DNA of 64,000 nucleotides from contig NC_043003.1 of assembly GCF_006345805.1 (NCBI RefSeq), positions 1,488,001 to 1,552,000 of the forward strand, written 5' to 3'. This DNA is from Octopus sinensis (Eukaryota). Made by a program: the position numbers and the translations under genes. The notes beneath the pieces are model-generated. The model saw only the letters and a list, made by a program, of their open reading frames with translations. It had not been told where the DNA came from and did no database searches. Below, piece after piece: positions 48,865 to 62,744 of this stretch (position 1 is its first letter; each line of letters starts with the position of its first letter).

Positions 48865-49334
48865 TGACTGGCATCCGTGCTAGCGGGGTACAAAGAGCAC
48901 TATACGAGTGTGATCATTGACAGAGTGGCTAACTAGCTTCCATACCAGTGGCACTTAAAAGGCACCATTCGTGTGTGATCGTTACCAGCATCGCCTTACT
49001 GGCACTTAAGCCCCGTGCTAGTAGGGTGCTAAGAGCACCATTCGAGCGTGATCATTACCAGCATCACCTTACTGGCACCTGTGCTGGCAGCATGTGTAAA
49101 AAGATTCGAGCGAGGTCGTTGCCAGTACCGCCTGACTGGCCCCCGTGCTGGTGGCATGTAAAAAGCACCCGCTACACTCTCGGAGTGGTTGGCATTAGGA
49201 AGGGCATCCAGCTGTAGAAACTCTGCCAGATCAAGATTGGAGTCTGGTGCAGCCATCTGGTTCGCCAGCCCCCAGTCAAACTGTCCAACCCATGCTAGCA
49301 TGGGAAGCGGACGTTAAACGATGGTGATGATGAT
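48865..49334 (+). mobile_element. RTE-tail-type non-autonomous retroposon with internal GTGCCGGTGGCACGTAAAAGCACC-like repeats
   Basis: 3' end GGTTGGCATTAGGAAGGGCATCCAGCTGTAGAAAC..CCAACCCATGCTAGCATGG..GGACGTTAAACGATG(ATG)n. Other copies 30920-31297, 32880-33200(-), 36505-37050(-), 49770-50362, 52600-52790(-), 61070-61345. Confidence 0.75.
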
Positions 49335-50592
49335 AAAACAAATTCCTGCAGAACCATTTTAGACAGCATCCTGAAAAGGGTTCACTGACTGATCGCATCC
49401 AGGAAAGGGTCACCCAGCTGACAGGCATGAAATCACTCATAGCAGTAGCAGAGCTGATGGGGAAGGTGAGTGGATGAGGTCTGTCACAAGCAGCACTTTT
49501 AGATCAGCTGTATAAGCCTGTATAGGGGGGGAGCAAACTCAAGGGCTGTACTCACCACCCCAAATGCCAAACACCCCAACTACACCACTGACTCACAGAT
49601 ACACTCCAGCCTCTGGCTCTCAGGAGCAGTTGCCTCTCTCTACTTTCTCTACTGTTACTATAAATCACATTCAGGAGGGAGATAGGTTTTGAAGGAGATC
49701 CCATACAAAGTAGGCATTAAAGCTAAAAATATATAAAATAAAATAAAGGAGGCAATGTGGCAGATGTTGGTGTCGCATACCTGGCACTTGTGCTGGTGAC
49801 ATGTAAAAGGCAGCCATCGTGCGCTGAGCCTCACAGAGGCAATGTGGCCAGTGCCAGTGTAGCATAACTCGCACCTGTGCCAGTGACCCATAAAAAGAAA
49901 CTTTCAAGCGTTGGGCCTCACAGAGGTCTCTAACACCTGTGCCAGCAGCACATAAAAAGCACCTATTGAGTGTTGGGCCTCATGGAGGCACTGTGGTTGA
50001 TGTCAGTGTTGTGTAACTGGCACCTGTGCTGGTGGCACATAAAATGCACTTTTTCAGTGTTGATCCTCATGGAGGCACTGACAAATGACCAAGACCTTTG
50101 GCAATATGTTGTGCTTAAGAAGGAAGGCCCATCAAGCCAAGTGAAACCATAGTCATGGTGGACACTGGTGTCAGGCAACTGGCACCCATGCTGGTGGCAC
50201 ATAAAAGCACTCATTACAGTGGTTGGTGTTAGGAAGGGCATCTAGCCGTAGAAACTATGCCAAATCAAACTGGAGTCTGGTGCAGCTCGGCAACTTACCA
50301 GCCCTGGTCAAGCCATCCAACCCACGCCAGCATGGACAATCGATGTTAAAAGATGATGATGAAGGGCAACCTCACAAATACTGATGACAGAAGAAAAGGA
50401 CCCGACCCAGTACACACTATAAAGTGGGTGGTGTTGGGAAGGGCATCCGGCTACAGAGACCACATTAAATCTGATATGGAGCACAATGCAGTCCTACAGC
50501 TTATTGGATCCTGTCAAACTGTGTGACCTTTACAGAAAATGGACGTTAGATGATGACGATGACACTAGCAAAGAATGTGACAAAATACTAAC

Positions 50593-50705
50593 CACTTTGG
50601 GAACAATTTTAACCGCCTGTTGCAATATTATATCATTCAACATAACCATAAGTCTGGAGGCCGAATATACCAGCTCTGACAGAACTTGGCTGTCATTGTA
50701 GCGAC
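50593..50705 (-). CDS. PEX16: PEX16 coding exon 2 (RYNDSQVLSELVYSASRLMVMLNDIILQQAVKIVPKV)
   Basis: AAG| acceptor, |GTTAGT donor; 113 nt continuing phase 1; conserved SELVYSAS..L...LND motif. Confidence 0.95.
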
Positions 50706-51640
50706 CTTGAACATAAAAGGAAAAAAAATCATAATTATTTTAATGAAAGAAACAGTAATGAGTTTGATATATAATGTATTGTAGTGCAGTGAATAAAAGA
50801 AACAAACAGATGACCTAAATTTGTTGTTTTCACTGTTTTTGACATCAAGATATGCTCTAGATCAAACAGAGAACTTTTGGTCCACTTTGCAAACCTAATC
50901 CTAACTTTGCAAAGCAGTTATAAGAAATATCGTTTTCAAGTTAAGCATTTAGGGAAAAAATGTCAAAAAAATTTGGTTAACCTTATTTTATAAACTCTTT
51001 TGTTACCATATTTCTGTTGAGATGCTCTGTCAGGTTTCATTCAATTAATTTTAAATATAACAAAGCATTTAGTAAATTAACTTTGTTATCATTAAGCTAG
51101 TTTTAGGAACATAAATTGTGACTAAGGTTTGGTGGAAGATTTTAATTCAAAACTTATGAAAATTAGAACCAGATTCAGCCAGGTTGTTATCAAAAGGGTT
51201 AATACATATGTGGTTCTCACACACATTGATGACGGGTCAATACTCAGAAACTCGGGTCCATGTGTATCACGTTAGGCTGGAGATGGGAAGGATGACTTCC
51301 CTTTGCAAATACTGATAGGGCACAGAAAATGTGTCAATAATAGCCAGCTGGAGGAGATGTCTTCCTGGGGCTACAAGCTACAGTAACAGTGACCCTTAAG
51401 GGTTCACCACATTTAGGTGGCAAATATACTTCACAATATATACATATATATATTCAAATTACGATGAACATAAACAAGCAAACAATGTTTGCTTTTGAAG
51501 CGTTGAGATGTCTTAAAAAGTTAAAGAAGTGATTTGAAATTCTCAAACGCAGGATAATGCTAATAATAATGGATGAACAGGATAAGCTACCCCTATTTTG
51601 CAGAAAAAAGTGTTGGCGGCCAGCAACACATTTTTCTAGG

Positions 51641-51674
<34 letters not shown>

Positions 51675-52969
51675 GCATACATATATATATATATATATAT
51701 ATGAACTTTGAAGGTTCACCCTGATATCTCGTCACTATTTTTATTGCTTTCCAGCTCAAATCAATCACTGCAACCGACTCTTCTAAAATTCGAGTAACCC
51801 TGTAGCAGCTCCTCTACTGCAGGAAACCAGTTCTGCTGTGGCAGTTTTCTCTCCCATTTTACCCCACTCTACTCCTTATCCTCCGAGCATCAAGTTGCTC
51901 CCAGAGCACAAAGTCTTGCAAGTTGCATGGTGACCTCACCAGTGCTGAGGGCATGAAAAAAGGGACCCTGTACACAGTGTAGAATGGTTAGCATTAGGGG
52001 AGGGCATCCAGCTATTGAAACCCTGCCAGAGCAAACTCTGAAACATAATGCAGTGCTTTGAGTCCCTCAGGTCCTATCAAACTGTCCAACCCGTGTCACA
52101 AAGGGACATGGATGCTAAATGATAATGATGATGATGATGACAGGGCCCACATAGGTCAAGTTTGACTGTACTTTGCACATATACATGCTGGCCTCAACAA
52201 GATCTTTATGTAAGGTAGACTGGCAGCTGCCCATATAAGAATAATTATTTTATTAAGTTTCATAATTTGTGGTTTCCATCCAAAAAAAAGGTAGGGAAAA
52301 TCTAGCAAAGTTCCGTAAACATAGTCTCAGTCCAGGATGTGATAAGTTAATGAATAACACATCACAATCGTTACTTTCTTCTCTCATAATTGCAAAGTAA
52401 ATATTATCAGAGAAGCATTTACCAAGATTAGATCCAAACCATTCTTTGCCAGGCTTCGATGATCACACCTGACAGGTTGATGTAGTCAATAGAAACTGGT
52501 TTGTTATTCGAATGGCCATACTGGGGCAGTGCTTTCAATGGTTTTAATTGATTATTTATCAATTCTCAGGACATTATCAGCTACTTATATAACTGACCTC
52601 ATCATCATCATTTAACGTCCGTTTTCCATGCTAGCATGGGTTGGACGGTTTGACTGAAGACTGGCAAGCCATGGAGGCTGCACTAGGCTCCAGTCTGATT
52701 TGGCAGTGTTTCTACAGCTGGATGCCCTTCCTAACGCCAACTACTCCATGAGTGTAGTGGGTTCTTTTTACGTGCCACCAGCACAGGAGTCAGCGCAGGC
52801 TGATATAAAAGAAAACCCGAGTATAAAACATCGACTAAAAACTTTTGTTAAAGACAGATTTTCTCATCGCACACACACACACACACATTTAGTATCATCA
52901 TCATCATTTTATATCCACTTTCCATACCGGCATGGGTTAGATGGTTGAACAGGATGCAAAGGACTACAT

Positions 52970-53234
52970 CAATGGTTCCCAAAGTGGGCAGTATTGCCCC
53001 CTGGGGGCAGTGGAAAGTTCCAAGAGGGTGTTGAAGAAAAGTGGGGCGATAATGGGATAGCAATTCATGTAAAAACAACATAAAATGGGTTCATTAAGTT
53101 ATATTTGTGAAATAGTTGCTTTGAATTTGCTTCAGAAAAAGGTCTCTGTTTGTGATGGTTAGTTGGGGTGGGGTCGCTAGGAATGTGACCTGGGGTCAAG
53201 GGGGCGGCGGCCCAAAAAAGTTTGGGAACCACTG
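52970..53234. mobile_element. hAT (Charlie/Buster-type) MITE
   Basis: TIR CA(A/G)TGGTTCCCAAA; 8-bp TSD GACTACAT (52962-52969, 53235-53242) with central TA. Confidence 0.88.
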
Positions 53235-54546
53235 GACTACATCTTGCTACAAGTGACTCAGTTTTGACATGGTTTCCTTTTGCTATCAATCACTTTACAG
53301 TGTATACTGTAAGCAATTTTTTGTGTGTGGCACCAGCACCCTAGAGGTCGCCTTGCCCTCGCTAAGACTAGTTCCTTCTCAGACCTTGCACTGTCACTGG
53401 TTCTATTTACAGAGTGAACTGGGTGCTTTCTTGTGGCACTAGCACTGGTGGGGTCACCTTATTGCACGTAAGGAAAAAGAGAATCCCCGTCACTAAAAAA
53501 AAAAAAGAAATAGAAGTTAAAGTATGTTGGAAGAAACAGGTTTATCGTTGTGGGAGGATAGAAGTGGAGAGAATAACTGAGGAAAAGAGAAGAGACATGT
53601 CTCGGGTACTTTTAAGGCTGGAGGGGCCCCTTTCGGGGGCTGACGGCAAGTTGTGACATTCGTTGCTTTCTCAAGAATTTTACGAACATAAATGATGAGA
53701 AATATTTCTAACCGAACCACGTAATTATTTATTTTACCGAAGGTCAAGATATTTTTTAAAAGGGGTACAACGATTGATTGAACCCCTGTATCTGAACTGA
53801 TAATTCATTTATCAACGTTGATAACAAAAAAGCCGACCCTGTTAAAGATTTTGGAGTCAGAATGTAAAGGTGCCAAAGGTGATAGAGAAGACGGTTAATG
53901 TTTAACCGAGAAGACAATTGTAAATAATTATCGCCAACACAAAGTTTGGGAAACATGTCTGAAACAAATATTAAAAAAATAGACGTGGGTGTTACGGCTG
54001 GAATGTCTTTGGCCATAAGTCTGCTGGTTCAAACGTGACTAGCGGCTAAACAACTCCTTGGTTGCAAAGTACAAAATGGGAGGGATCGTAATTTAAGGTG
54101 AAGTTGTTGAATAAGAAGGTAAACATACAAGCAGCGGACCAGCACGAAAGAGGCCCATCAGAGAAACATGCTACGTTCTACACCCAAATCATAACCTTAC
54201 ATAATCGATTACTAATATTAATCAAATGAGAAAATGCCTAGGGCCTCCTTTCGGTTGAAACAGCATTCTTGTCTAACTCGGCATTCAATGCAACAAAATA
54301 CTTCAGAATTTTTGCACATATCTTCTGTGCAGTCCTTTCTGATTTGTATAGGAAATCGTTTGTATTTTAATCAAATGCTAGCTTTAGTCAGCGTTTGGTT
54401 GCGAAGATCACGTCGTTTAGCCCCAGGCCAGTTTCCATTGATACGACTTAAGAGCAAAATCATTCTTGTCGTGACTAACACAACTTATTTCAGGAATAAC
54501 TAAGATTGCATTCGGTCTTTTTGTCGTCGATGACGGCAGGGAATGA

Positions 54547-54641
54547 GGCGAAGGTAAAAGAATACACAGACCACCCGTTTTCGGCGTTTAGGGTTAGGAT
54601 CACGCCGAAAACGGGTGGTCTGCGTATTCTTTACCTCCGTC
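54547..54641. mobile_element. 95-bp fold-back MITE with a TTAGGG-like loop
   Basis: ~40-bp inverted arms; loop TTAGGGTTAGGATC; 8-bp TSD GGGAATGA (54539-54546, 54642-54649). Confidence 0.8.
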
Positions 54642-55147
54642 GGGAATGATTTGAAATAAATTTGACTGCTATTTCTAGGCTGTCGAGTGACCATGTAGAG
54701 GCTTCCACGTTGGTTCGGCGAAGATTGTTTTGCTTGTTAGGTTTGCAATTAGAAGTCTAACCTAGAAGGATTTGAACTCAGGACGCAAACGAACTGAAGT
54801 AAATACCGAGGTGTTTCATACAACACCGTCCCTCAAGAATAATTTCCTTCGATTAGGTTCGAACCGGAGATCAAGTGTATCGATTTATTTCTTGTGCAGA
54901 TCAGAAAATGTAAAATCTATAAGAGGGGGGGAATATGATCGAGTGACATTGGTGCTTTGCAAAGTTCATTAGCAACGTGAATCGAATCGGTTTTAACCTG
55001 GAATCGAAACATTTGACGATGAAATGGGAAAAAGGAACCCGTTTTGGGGCTGAGAAGAGTTTTCATTGAAGAAAGAGAAAATATATGGAAAGCTTAGAAA
55101 GTTATGTATAAGGAGAGAAATAAGCAATGAGTGTAAGTTTAATTTAC

Positions 55148-55262
55148 CTGCAATGAGATAAGAGGAAATCCGAAAAACCGATTCAATCTGCCGAATGACT
55201 TCTGGGTTGCAGCTGACGCTTTTGCAGTATTTCGTGTAAACAGTTTGGAAGTATTCAGCCAT
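55148..55262 (-). CDS. PEX16: PEX16 coding exon 1 (MAEYFQTVYTKYCKSVSCNPEVIRQIESVFRISSYLIA-G)
   Basis: ATG at 55262-55260; donor CAG|GTAAAT; 115 nt, phase 1. Resembles the PEX16 N-terminus (human ...QLETAVRGFSYLLAG, recalled). Confidence 0.93.
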
Positions 55263-55440
55263 CTTTGGCGTGGTTTTGAAAGTAAGGAGCCAAAGCACGA
55301 GAAAGCGACGTTTCTATTGGTTACACTCGATCCATCGACCAATCAAAGCATTCGTTATGATTATTCCATGCCATGTGCTTAGGCTCGTCCTCAGAGTTGT
55401 GTGGAGGATTTCAAAACCTGGCCAAGTTCTACAGGTGAGT
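55263..55440. promoter_or_regulatory. Probable bidirectional promoter (PEX16 on minus; unknown gene on plus)
   Basis: Oppositely oriented CCAAT boxes (ATTGG 55316-55320, CCAAT 55339-55343); YY1-like GCCATCTT over the PEX16 ATG; strong plus-strand donor CAG|GTGAGT at 55434/55435. Confidence 0.55.
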
Positions 55441-58400
55441 GTTTTTATCTGCGCTTATTTATTGGAACGGCCTACATAATTTGATTGTTGTTTAGTTTAC
55501 ACCTTGTCAAACACTCCCAATTACAAGTCTTGCTGCTTCTTTCCCTCGTTTATTTAAATTACTCTGTTCTACTTAACATTTAAAACTAGAAATTGCTGAG
55601 ATGTTTTGGTAAAGGAAGAAGATTGGCAGGAAATGAAAGACAGAAAAATAGATATTTAGCTTCATTTAGTTTGTCGTGGATGAGTGTTTCTTCTCAAATA
55701 TCGAATATTACAGTTCACTTCAGCTTATATATCCGTCGATCTCTTCATAGAACTTTATTATGGTAAATAGATAACGAAATGCAAGGTCAGAGGTCTTTTT
55801 GAATGAAACCATTCTTCACCCATCCCAGATTTTTTTTTTTTAATTCTATTTTATGGATAATGGAAAACTTTTCTCCGTCGTATATATATGTATGTCTCTA
55901 GTATGCCAAGCATAATAAAAGATTTAGGCCTTTGCTGTGCATTTTAGCAATTTCAAGACACGCTCAATTTCATCTTAGATCTCCTCCAGATTCCAGGTAC
56001 ATCTTGTGATTAGATGGAGATATATTTAATTGTGTTCTCTTATAAGCCCAAAGCTTCTTTTTTTTAATAAGGAAGTGTGAAAAGTTAAGTTATTCGTTTT
56101 TTTTTGGGGGGGGGGTATTTTAGCCCAATTTCCTCCTCAGCAACCCAAGTGAAAATAGCGGGTCCAGCCTGGAATGGAATTTCCAGCTCAATTTATGGAC
56201 AGATGAAAAAGTCTATGACACTAATTACTGTAATAAATTTAATTAGATGGTGTTCTGCTAATTAACTGCTAAATATTTAATGTTAATTCCATATACAGGT
56301 GCGTGCTAGCAGTGTAAGATTTTCGAGTAAAAATCAGATAGATGTTACATTAAAATTGGTAGATTTTTTTCCCATACAAAAAGCCTCGAAAGGTTATTCC
56401 ATCGTTCAAAGTAAATTCTTTGTGTTGGCTTTATTCATCTCATCTCAATTCTCTATGATACACATTTATGAGTCTAGGAATTATTTCTCTTGGTTAACAA
56501 TAAATTCTGCTTGTGTTACTCTTAAAATCCGAAGTTTGTGGCCTTCGCTGTAAATGCTGTGCTTTTTATCATAAATGTAAGTGTTCCAGAGGAACAGGTT
56601 TTGACCTGTGGCTAAATAACTCCAACATCCATCTGATATCGAACCAACAAGTGAGTGTCTCGACATTGGTTTGACACGCTAGAAGTAACAGCAAAATTTC
56701 CTTCAAGTCGCACCTTATCGTCTTAAATAATAAGTAAAAGTCACGGTTGTCACGGTTGGAATGCCTTTCATTCACGGATGTCGATCAGGTCTCATCCGGA
56801 TGCTAAACAACAACCATGGGATTAGGAAGATTAAGTCAAATGAATCACAAATCATTTCGAAAGCAAACCGATGATTCCAAGTCATTCCGTCAATGTATCT
56901 TATTTTCTTGTTTCAATCATTTTAATGTGGCCATGCTGGAGCATCGCCTTCGGTTTTTAGTCAAACGAATGGACCCCTGCTACTTATTCTATCGGCCAGT
57001 TTTACCCAACAGGTAGCGGACATATTAACTATCCTGTCCTTCCTTTTTTTTTAACTGTAAGTCTGATTTAAAAGAGATTTGCCTTTTATTTCGGCTGTCG
57101 ACTTCCTCTTATCAATTAAGATGGTAGGAATGGTGAGTGTGTGGAGCAATAAGAGACGGTGTTGTTTACAGTATCCAAGACGGGAGACCCACAAACCTGG
57201 CCGTTCTGATTTCAAATTCCATTTGGATTAGCTGTGTGTTACAAATCCCAAGTCGAGAGTTTAAGGACCATCAAGAAGTAGGGTTCGTCTAAATCTAATA
57301 AAATATACAATCACTATTCGCTGCTTTGGATCCTTTATAAAATCGAAATTCACCCTTTTCACACCCAGTCCCTCGGGAACTGGATTTGACTTTCATCTAA
57401 TTGTTATTATGAGTTTTTAATGACTGTTAAATACTGGAGTTGGTCGAATCCCATTTTATATGCATTTCCACTTACAAGGAGGGTTCTCTCCTCAGGACAG
57501 ATGGATGATATTTAATAATTCTGTTTTTATGTCGAGAAAAAAGATTCAATAGCCCTTCCTCGTCGCTTGTAGTAGACATAATCAACAAGATTTCTGTTTT
57601 TGTTACTTTGTGGTACAAATGTAAATTTGATGCATTTTAATGTTTCATTTGCATCAAAAATATAACATAATGGCTTTTACTAAATTATGTTTATAGAAAT
57701 AAAATTACAGTTATATTGAATGCACGTGTTGTTTAGTCACAAGTTAGCCCCGATTGAGCCAACTTTTTGGCCAAAGATGCACCAGCCGTGACCACTCCAT
57801 CTTTTTCTAAGACATACCACACCCAGAACGACATTATCCAATCTCTCTCTCTCTCTCTCTCTCACTAAGACAGCAGCGTGTGGTTGTGAAGAAAATATAA
57901 CTGCTATTTCTAGCAGGGTGAGTGACCACATAGAAGCACTTTCGCTGGTTCGCGGATGGATACACGTTTATGGCAGTTTAGTATTAAAGAAGGGTGGCGA
58001 AACAGATCAATGAGCAAAGAGGAGGGGGTAGGAATGTTTTGCTGGATTTAGTCATGTGGTATCCTTCACCAGTTCCAGTATTAGCAGGGTTAACTTTTTT
58101 CCTTTCCTTCCATGGCAGCCACAGGCTTGGATTAAATTTCAATTGAATCTCGTGTTTAATTCAACGAATCTATATTTCGGCTCCCTTGCAAGTCGCCGAA
58201 TTCTTCAAAACAGGAAATGACTCTGAGGACTGCCATCTGCTGTCTTTGCTCCGAAACAACAGAGCTGTCCGGACATGACCACTCGACCTACTGGAAATAG
58301 CGGTCAAGGCCACGTGACTGGCCTTAAAAAGGGAAGAACACGTTGGCGAATGTATTTCTCGGCAAATGTCTTGCCAAAGCTTGGCATTCTCGATCAAAAA

Positions 58401-59396
58401 TTCCAGTGTTTCAATGAATCAACAAGCGACAATGCAGCCTCCATTTAAGTCATCCGACCTGCTAGAAATAGCAGCCAAATCACTCTACCGTCTTTAAGAA
58501 TTGGAAGAACGTATTGAGTAATATAGTTTAAAATAAACTACGGCTGAAAAGGCAGGATGGTCGTGGTTGGAATGCCTTTGACCATTAGTTTACTGAATCA
58601 GAACTGACCAGACAGACATCACTTTTCCTCGAAAACAAAAGAAAAACAAAGATTTAAGTTCTCCCTTCCTCGTGACAATTGGATCTATCAGTTTTACCTT
58701 ATTACCAAATAAGATCGATAAAATCGACCATTACCTATTTAAGTTGTAGTGTCAAACTTCATCTCATCTTGTTTACCCTCTTATTCTTGGGAGGGTCTTG
58801 TAGGTAGAGTCCTCAAATATACCTTCCCTCAGATCCTCTCAGAAACAACTCTTTCCTGTCGATCTGGCTAGATCCCCAGGCAAGACCATCCAAGCTCATG
58901 GATGTTATCCAACCATCTCGATCATGGTCTACCCTGGGGCCTTCTGCTAGTTGGTTTTGCCCATAAAACCTGTCCACCAATCCTTTCCCATGACATTTTT
59001 GCTACATGCCTGTAGTATCAGAATTACGGCTTCAGATTTCACCCTATTTGAGCCAAAGATATGTTTGCTCTGTGTGTCCTAGGTCTTTCTTTTATATATC
59101 TTAGGGTCATGCATATGTAATATGAGTTGACAGTATGTCAATTAATTTAAATTATCCAGGCAGGTGTAAAAAGCACCTGTGTTGGTGTCACATAAAAAGC
59201 ATCCAGTACACTCTGTAATGTGGTTGGTGTTAGGAAGGGCATCCAGCTGTAGAAACCATGCCAAAGCATACAATTAGTGCCTGGTGCAGCTCTCTCTCTC
59301 TTACTTGTCAACTCCTACAAGACCATTTAACCCTGACAATCTCACTCCTAACATCTCAAATATAATGGAGACATTAACAACATTCTCCAGAACATC

Positions 59397-59456
<60 letters not shown>

Positions 59457-60140
59457 TGACCTCATGTATGGCTTCCTTAAAGCCAACTCTACTGGAGACC
59501 TTTTCTTCTATGTCCTTTTGAGATATTTTACAAAAGTATTGTTTTCCTTCGTCTGTAAAGCTTTCATTATGTCAAGCTTACAAACTTCCTCTCAAAACTC
59601 CATCTCTACCTCAGCTCCTATCAGATTGCACTTCGATGGCCAGATGTGAAGGAGGTTTTCTCTCCTCTACCCCAGGGTTCAGCTCTATTCTCCATGGTAG
59701 TTATCATTAAAAGACATTTGATTAGAGCTGACCACAGACAGAACAACTGGCTGATATTTTTGCACACATCAAGAATATGAAATCACTGACTTAATAAGAA
59801 ATTAATTTTGTAATACCAGATATCATCATCATTGTCTAAACTTCCACTTTTCCATGCTTGCATGGATCGGATGAAATTTGTTGAGGCAAATTTTTACAGC
59901 TGATGCCTTTCTTATCACCAACCTTCATCTGTTTCTAAGTAAAGTGATGTTTCCCCAAGACTAGACATGTTTTCACAAAAGATTGGAAACTGCTTCCTTG
60001 ATGGTGACACTTGTTTATAACCATCATATGAATCAAGGCAAGCACACACTCACACACACACAAAGGGTTCCTTCTAGTTTCTGTCTGCCAGATCCACTGG
60101 TAATAAGCAGAGCAATTCAGCTGTAAAAAAACCATTCCAG

Positions 60141-60344
60141 AAAATGGAAGCAACCTTAGGTAGATAAGTCTTTTTAATCATGTTTGGGGTGATATCAGTG
60201 ACAGGTAAAATGGAAGCAACCTTAGGTAGAAATGTCTTTTTAATCATGTTTGGGGTGATATCAGTGACAGGTAAAATGGAAGCAACCTTAGGTAGAAATG
60301 TCTTTTTAATCATGTTTGGGGTGATATCAGTGACAGGTAAAATG
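60141..60344. repeat. 66-bp minisatellite, 3 copies
   Basis: AAAATGGAAGCAACCTTAGGTAGA...GACAGGT repeated three times. Confidence 0.95.
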
Positions 60345-61437
60345 CACCCACTTCACAAAATTGGTTGATGATAGAAATGGCATCTAGTCTAAACATTACC
60401 TGCCCAGCAGAATTGGCCAGTTCTTGTCCCAGCTGTGTATGCTAGGTTAGGAAGTGGTGAGTGACAGGGACACTGAGATCTGGCTAATCTCTGCCAACAA
60501 AGAAATATGGTGAGGGTGATTTCTATCTTAAACAAAATTCATTCATATATATATATCTGCTTCATTTCAACTCTCCATTCTAAATAGTATTAATGAACAG
60601 CATAATCATCCTCTTCCTCCTCCTCCTCATCATCATCATCATCATCGTTTAACATCCACTTTCCATGCTGGCATGGTTTGGACAGTTTGACATGGAGCTA
60701 TCCAGACTCCAGCTGTCTGTTTTGGTCTGGTCTCTACAAGCTGGATGCCTTTCCTAATGCCAACCACTTAACATAGTGTGTTAGGTGCTTTTTACGTGCC
60801 ACCTGATTGTGACAATTTTTTTTCTCTAATAAAACCCTATTACTTGAATGCTTTATGTCTTTGACAATGATTCTTTCGGCTCCCACCAGCAGATTTTTAG
60901 TATTTTACAGAGATGTTATGTAGATTGGGTTTGAATCCAAGCTGTGTCCTCTTGCGATACATCTGCTTATTAAAGTATTCCTATCCATAAGTTATATTTG
61001 TGTGAGGTATGCATAAGAGTTATGTGTAATGGAGAATAAATTATATCAAAACTTTTTCCAGTCTCCTGTTGGCGGAGGCAAAGTGGCTGAGTTCCTTCAG
61101 AGCATTGGGCCTCACAGAGACAATGACCAAGACCTTTGGCATTATGTCATACTGGAGAAGAAGACCCATCAAGCTGAGCAAAATCGCAATCATGGCAGAT
61201 ACTGGTGTCACACAAATTGGCACCCATTACACTCAGAGTGGTTGGCTTTAGGAAGGACATCCAGCTGCAGAAAACCATGCCAAATCAGACTGGAGTCTGG
61301 TGCAGCCTTCCAGCATGGGCAACAGACATTAAATGATGATGATGTATCAAATTAAATACATAACCAAAAGCTCTAATAGTTTCATGCTATTATGATACTT
61401 GAACAGGCATATTTATAAAATACACCATGTATCTTAA

Positions 61438-61893
61438 CCCTTTCATTACCAACCCAGCTGAAACTGCCTCTGGCTCTGAGTACAAATGTCTTGTTTTCAT
61501 AAGTTCTGAATAAAAATCTTCCACCAAACCTAAGTCACAATTTATGTTCCTAACACAAGCTTAATGATAACTAAGTTATTTTACTAAATTCTTTGTTATA
61601 TTTAAAATCAATTGAAAGAAACACAGATCATCTCAACAGAAATATGGTAACAAAAGGGTTAAAATATATAATAGAGTGACAATTCTTAACCCTTTCGATA
61701 CCAACCTGGCTGAAACTACCTCTGGTTCTGTAGTACAAATGTCTTGTTTTCATAAGTTTTGAATGAAAATCTTCCACCAAACCTTAGTCACCATTTATGT
61801 TCCTGACACTAGATGAATGATAACTAAGTTATTTTACTAAATTCTTTTGAAAGAAACACAGAGCATCTCGAAATAAATACAGTAACGAAAAGG
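61438..61893. mobile_element. Two adjacent piggyBac-like MITEs (61438-61658, 61690-61893)
   Basis: Each is bounded by TTAA|CCCTTTC and AAAGG(G)|TTAA; same family as 39303-39525. Confidence 0.8.
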
Positions 61894-62490
61894 TTAAAGA
61901 AATCTTTTAGGCTCTGTGCGTCATAATTTTTAAAAACAAGGACACTGGACAGTAAGAAAATAAGAAAAAAATGTATGCATATAGACATAGAGAGTCCATA
62001 AATGACCTTCACAATTGGAAAAAAATTTTTTTTTAAATGAAAAATATGGATGACTCAGAATTTATGAGCAAACAAATATAGTTTTAGGAGAAACATCAGA
62101 AACACTTCAAGATGGGCTTCATTGATTGTATGCAATACATCCAGATGATACAATAAATTGTGGAGGTTGTGAAGATAATTTATAAACAACTTGTATACAC
62201 ACACACACACACACAACATGCTCTCTTGTCATCATCAGTTTTCTGTTGATCTTTCTATGCCTCAGGAGTTTTCTTTCATTACTCAAGGCCTTCTCTATCT
62301 AAGCTGGAGTCAGCCAGTATTTTATGATAAAGATATACTTAAAGTACACTATTTCTATGTCACACATGGTGTACTGTTTATTAACAAACACATTAGTATT
62401 ATTAAAACCTATTTAGTTTTATAAAACAATCTCCAAGTCAGTCTTTTAAAACTTATTCACAGCACTGTAGTTCAGTACGCACTATATATA

Positions 62491-62744
62491 GATAGATAAA
62501 GAAATGGAGTTAAACACAGATGTTATTCAAATCTTTATACTTCCGACATATGTTTTGAAGAAAACATTGGTTAAAATGGCTTATTGATGTGTCTTGTTTC
62601 TCTTTTTTTCCCTGATGAGAAGATCACATTGTTTTACATAATTTTATTCCCTCTGGAATGATACCAATATTTTCTTCAAAACACATGTTGGAAGTATAAA
62701 GATTTGAATAACACCTGCATTTAACTCCATTTCTTTATTTATCT
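62491..62744 (+). mobile_element. Mini fold-back PLE 3'-end remnant with a decayed hammerhead
   Basis: ~85-bp inverted arms similar to the PLE end at 5222; TTCC-CTGATGA (62612-62618)..TTC aAAA CACATG TT GGAA. Confidence 0.6.

Noticed and set aside
60074-60368. ORFs with 22-aa repeats on both strands
   Set aside because: A by-product of a 66-bp minisatellite inside a decayed repeat.
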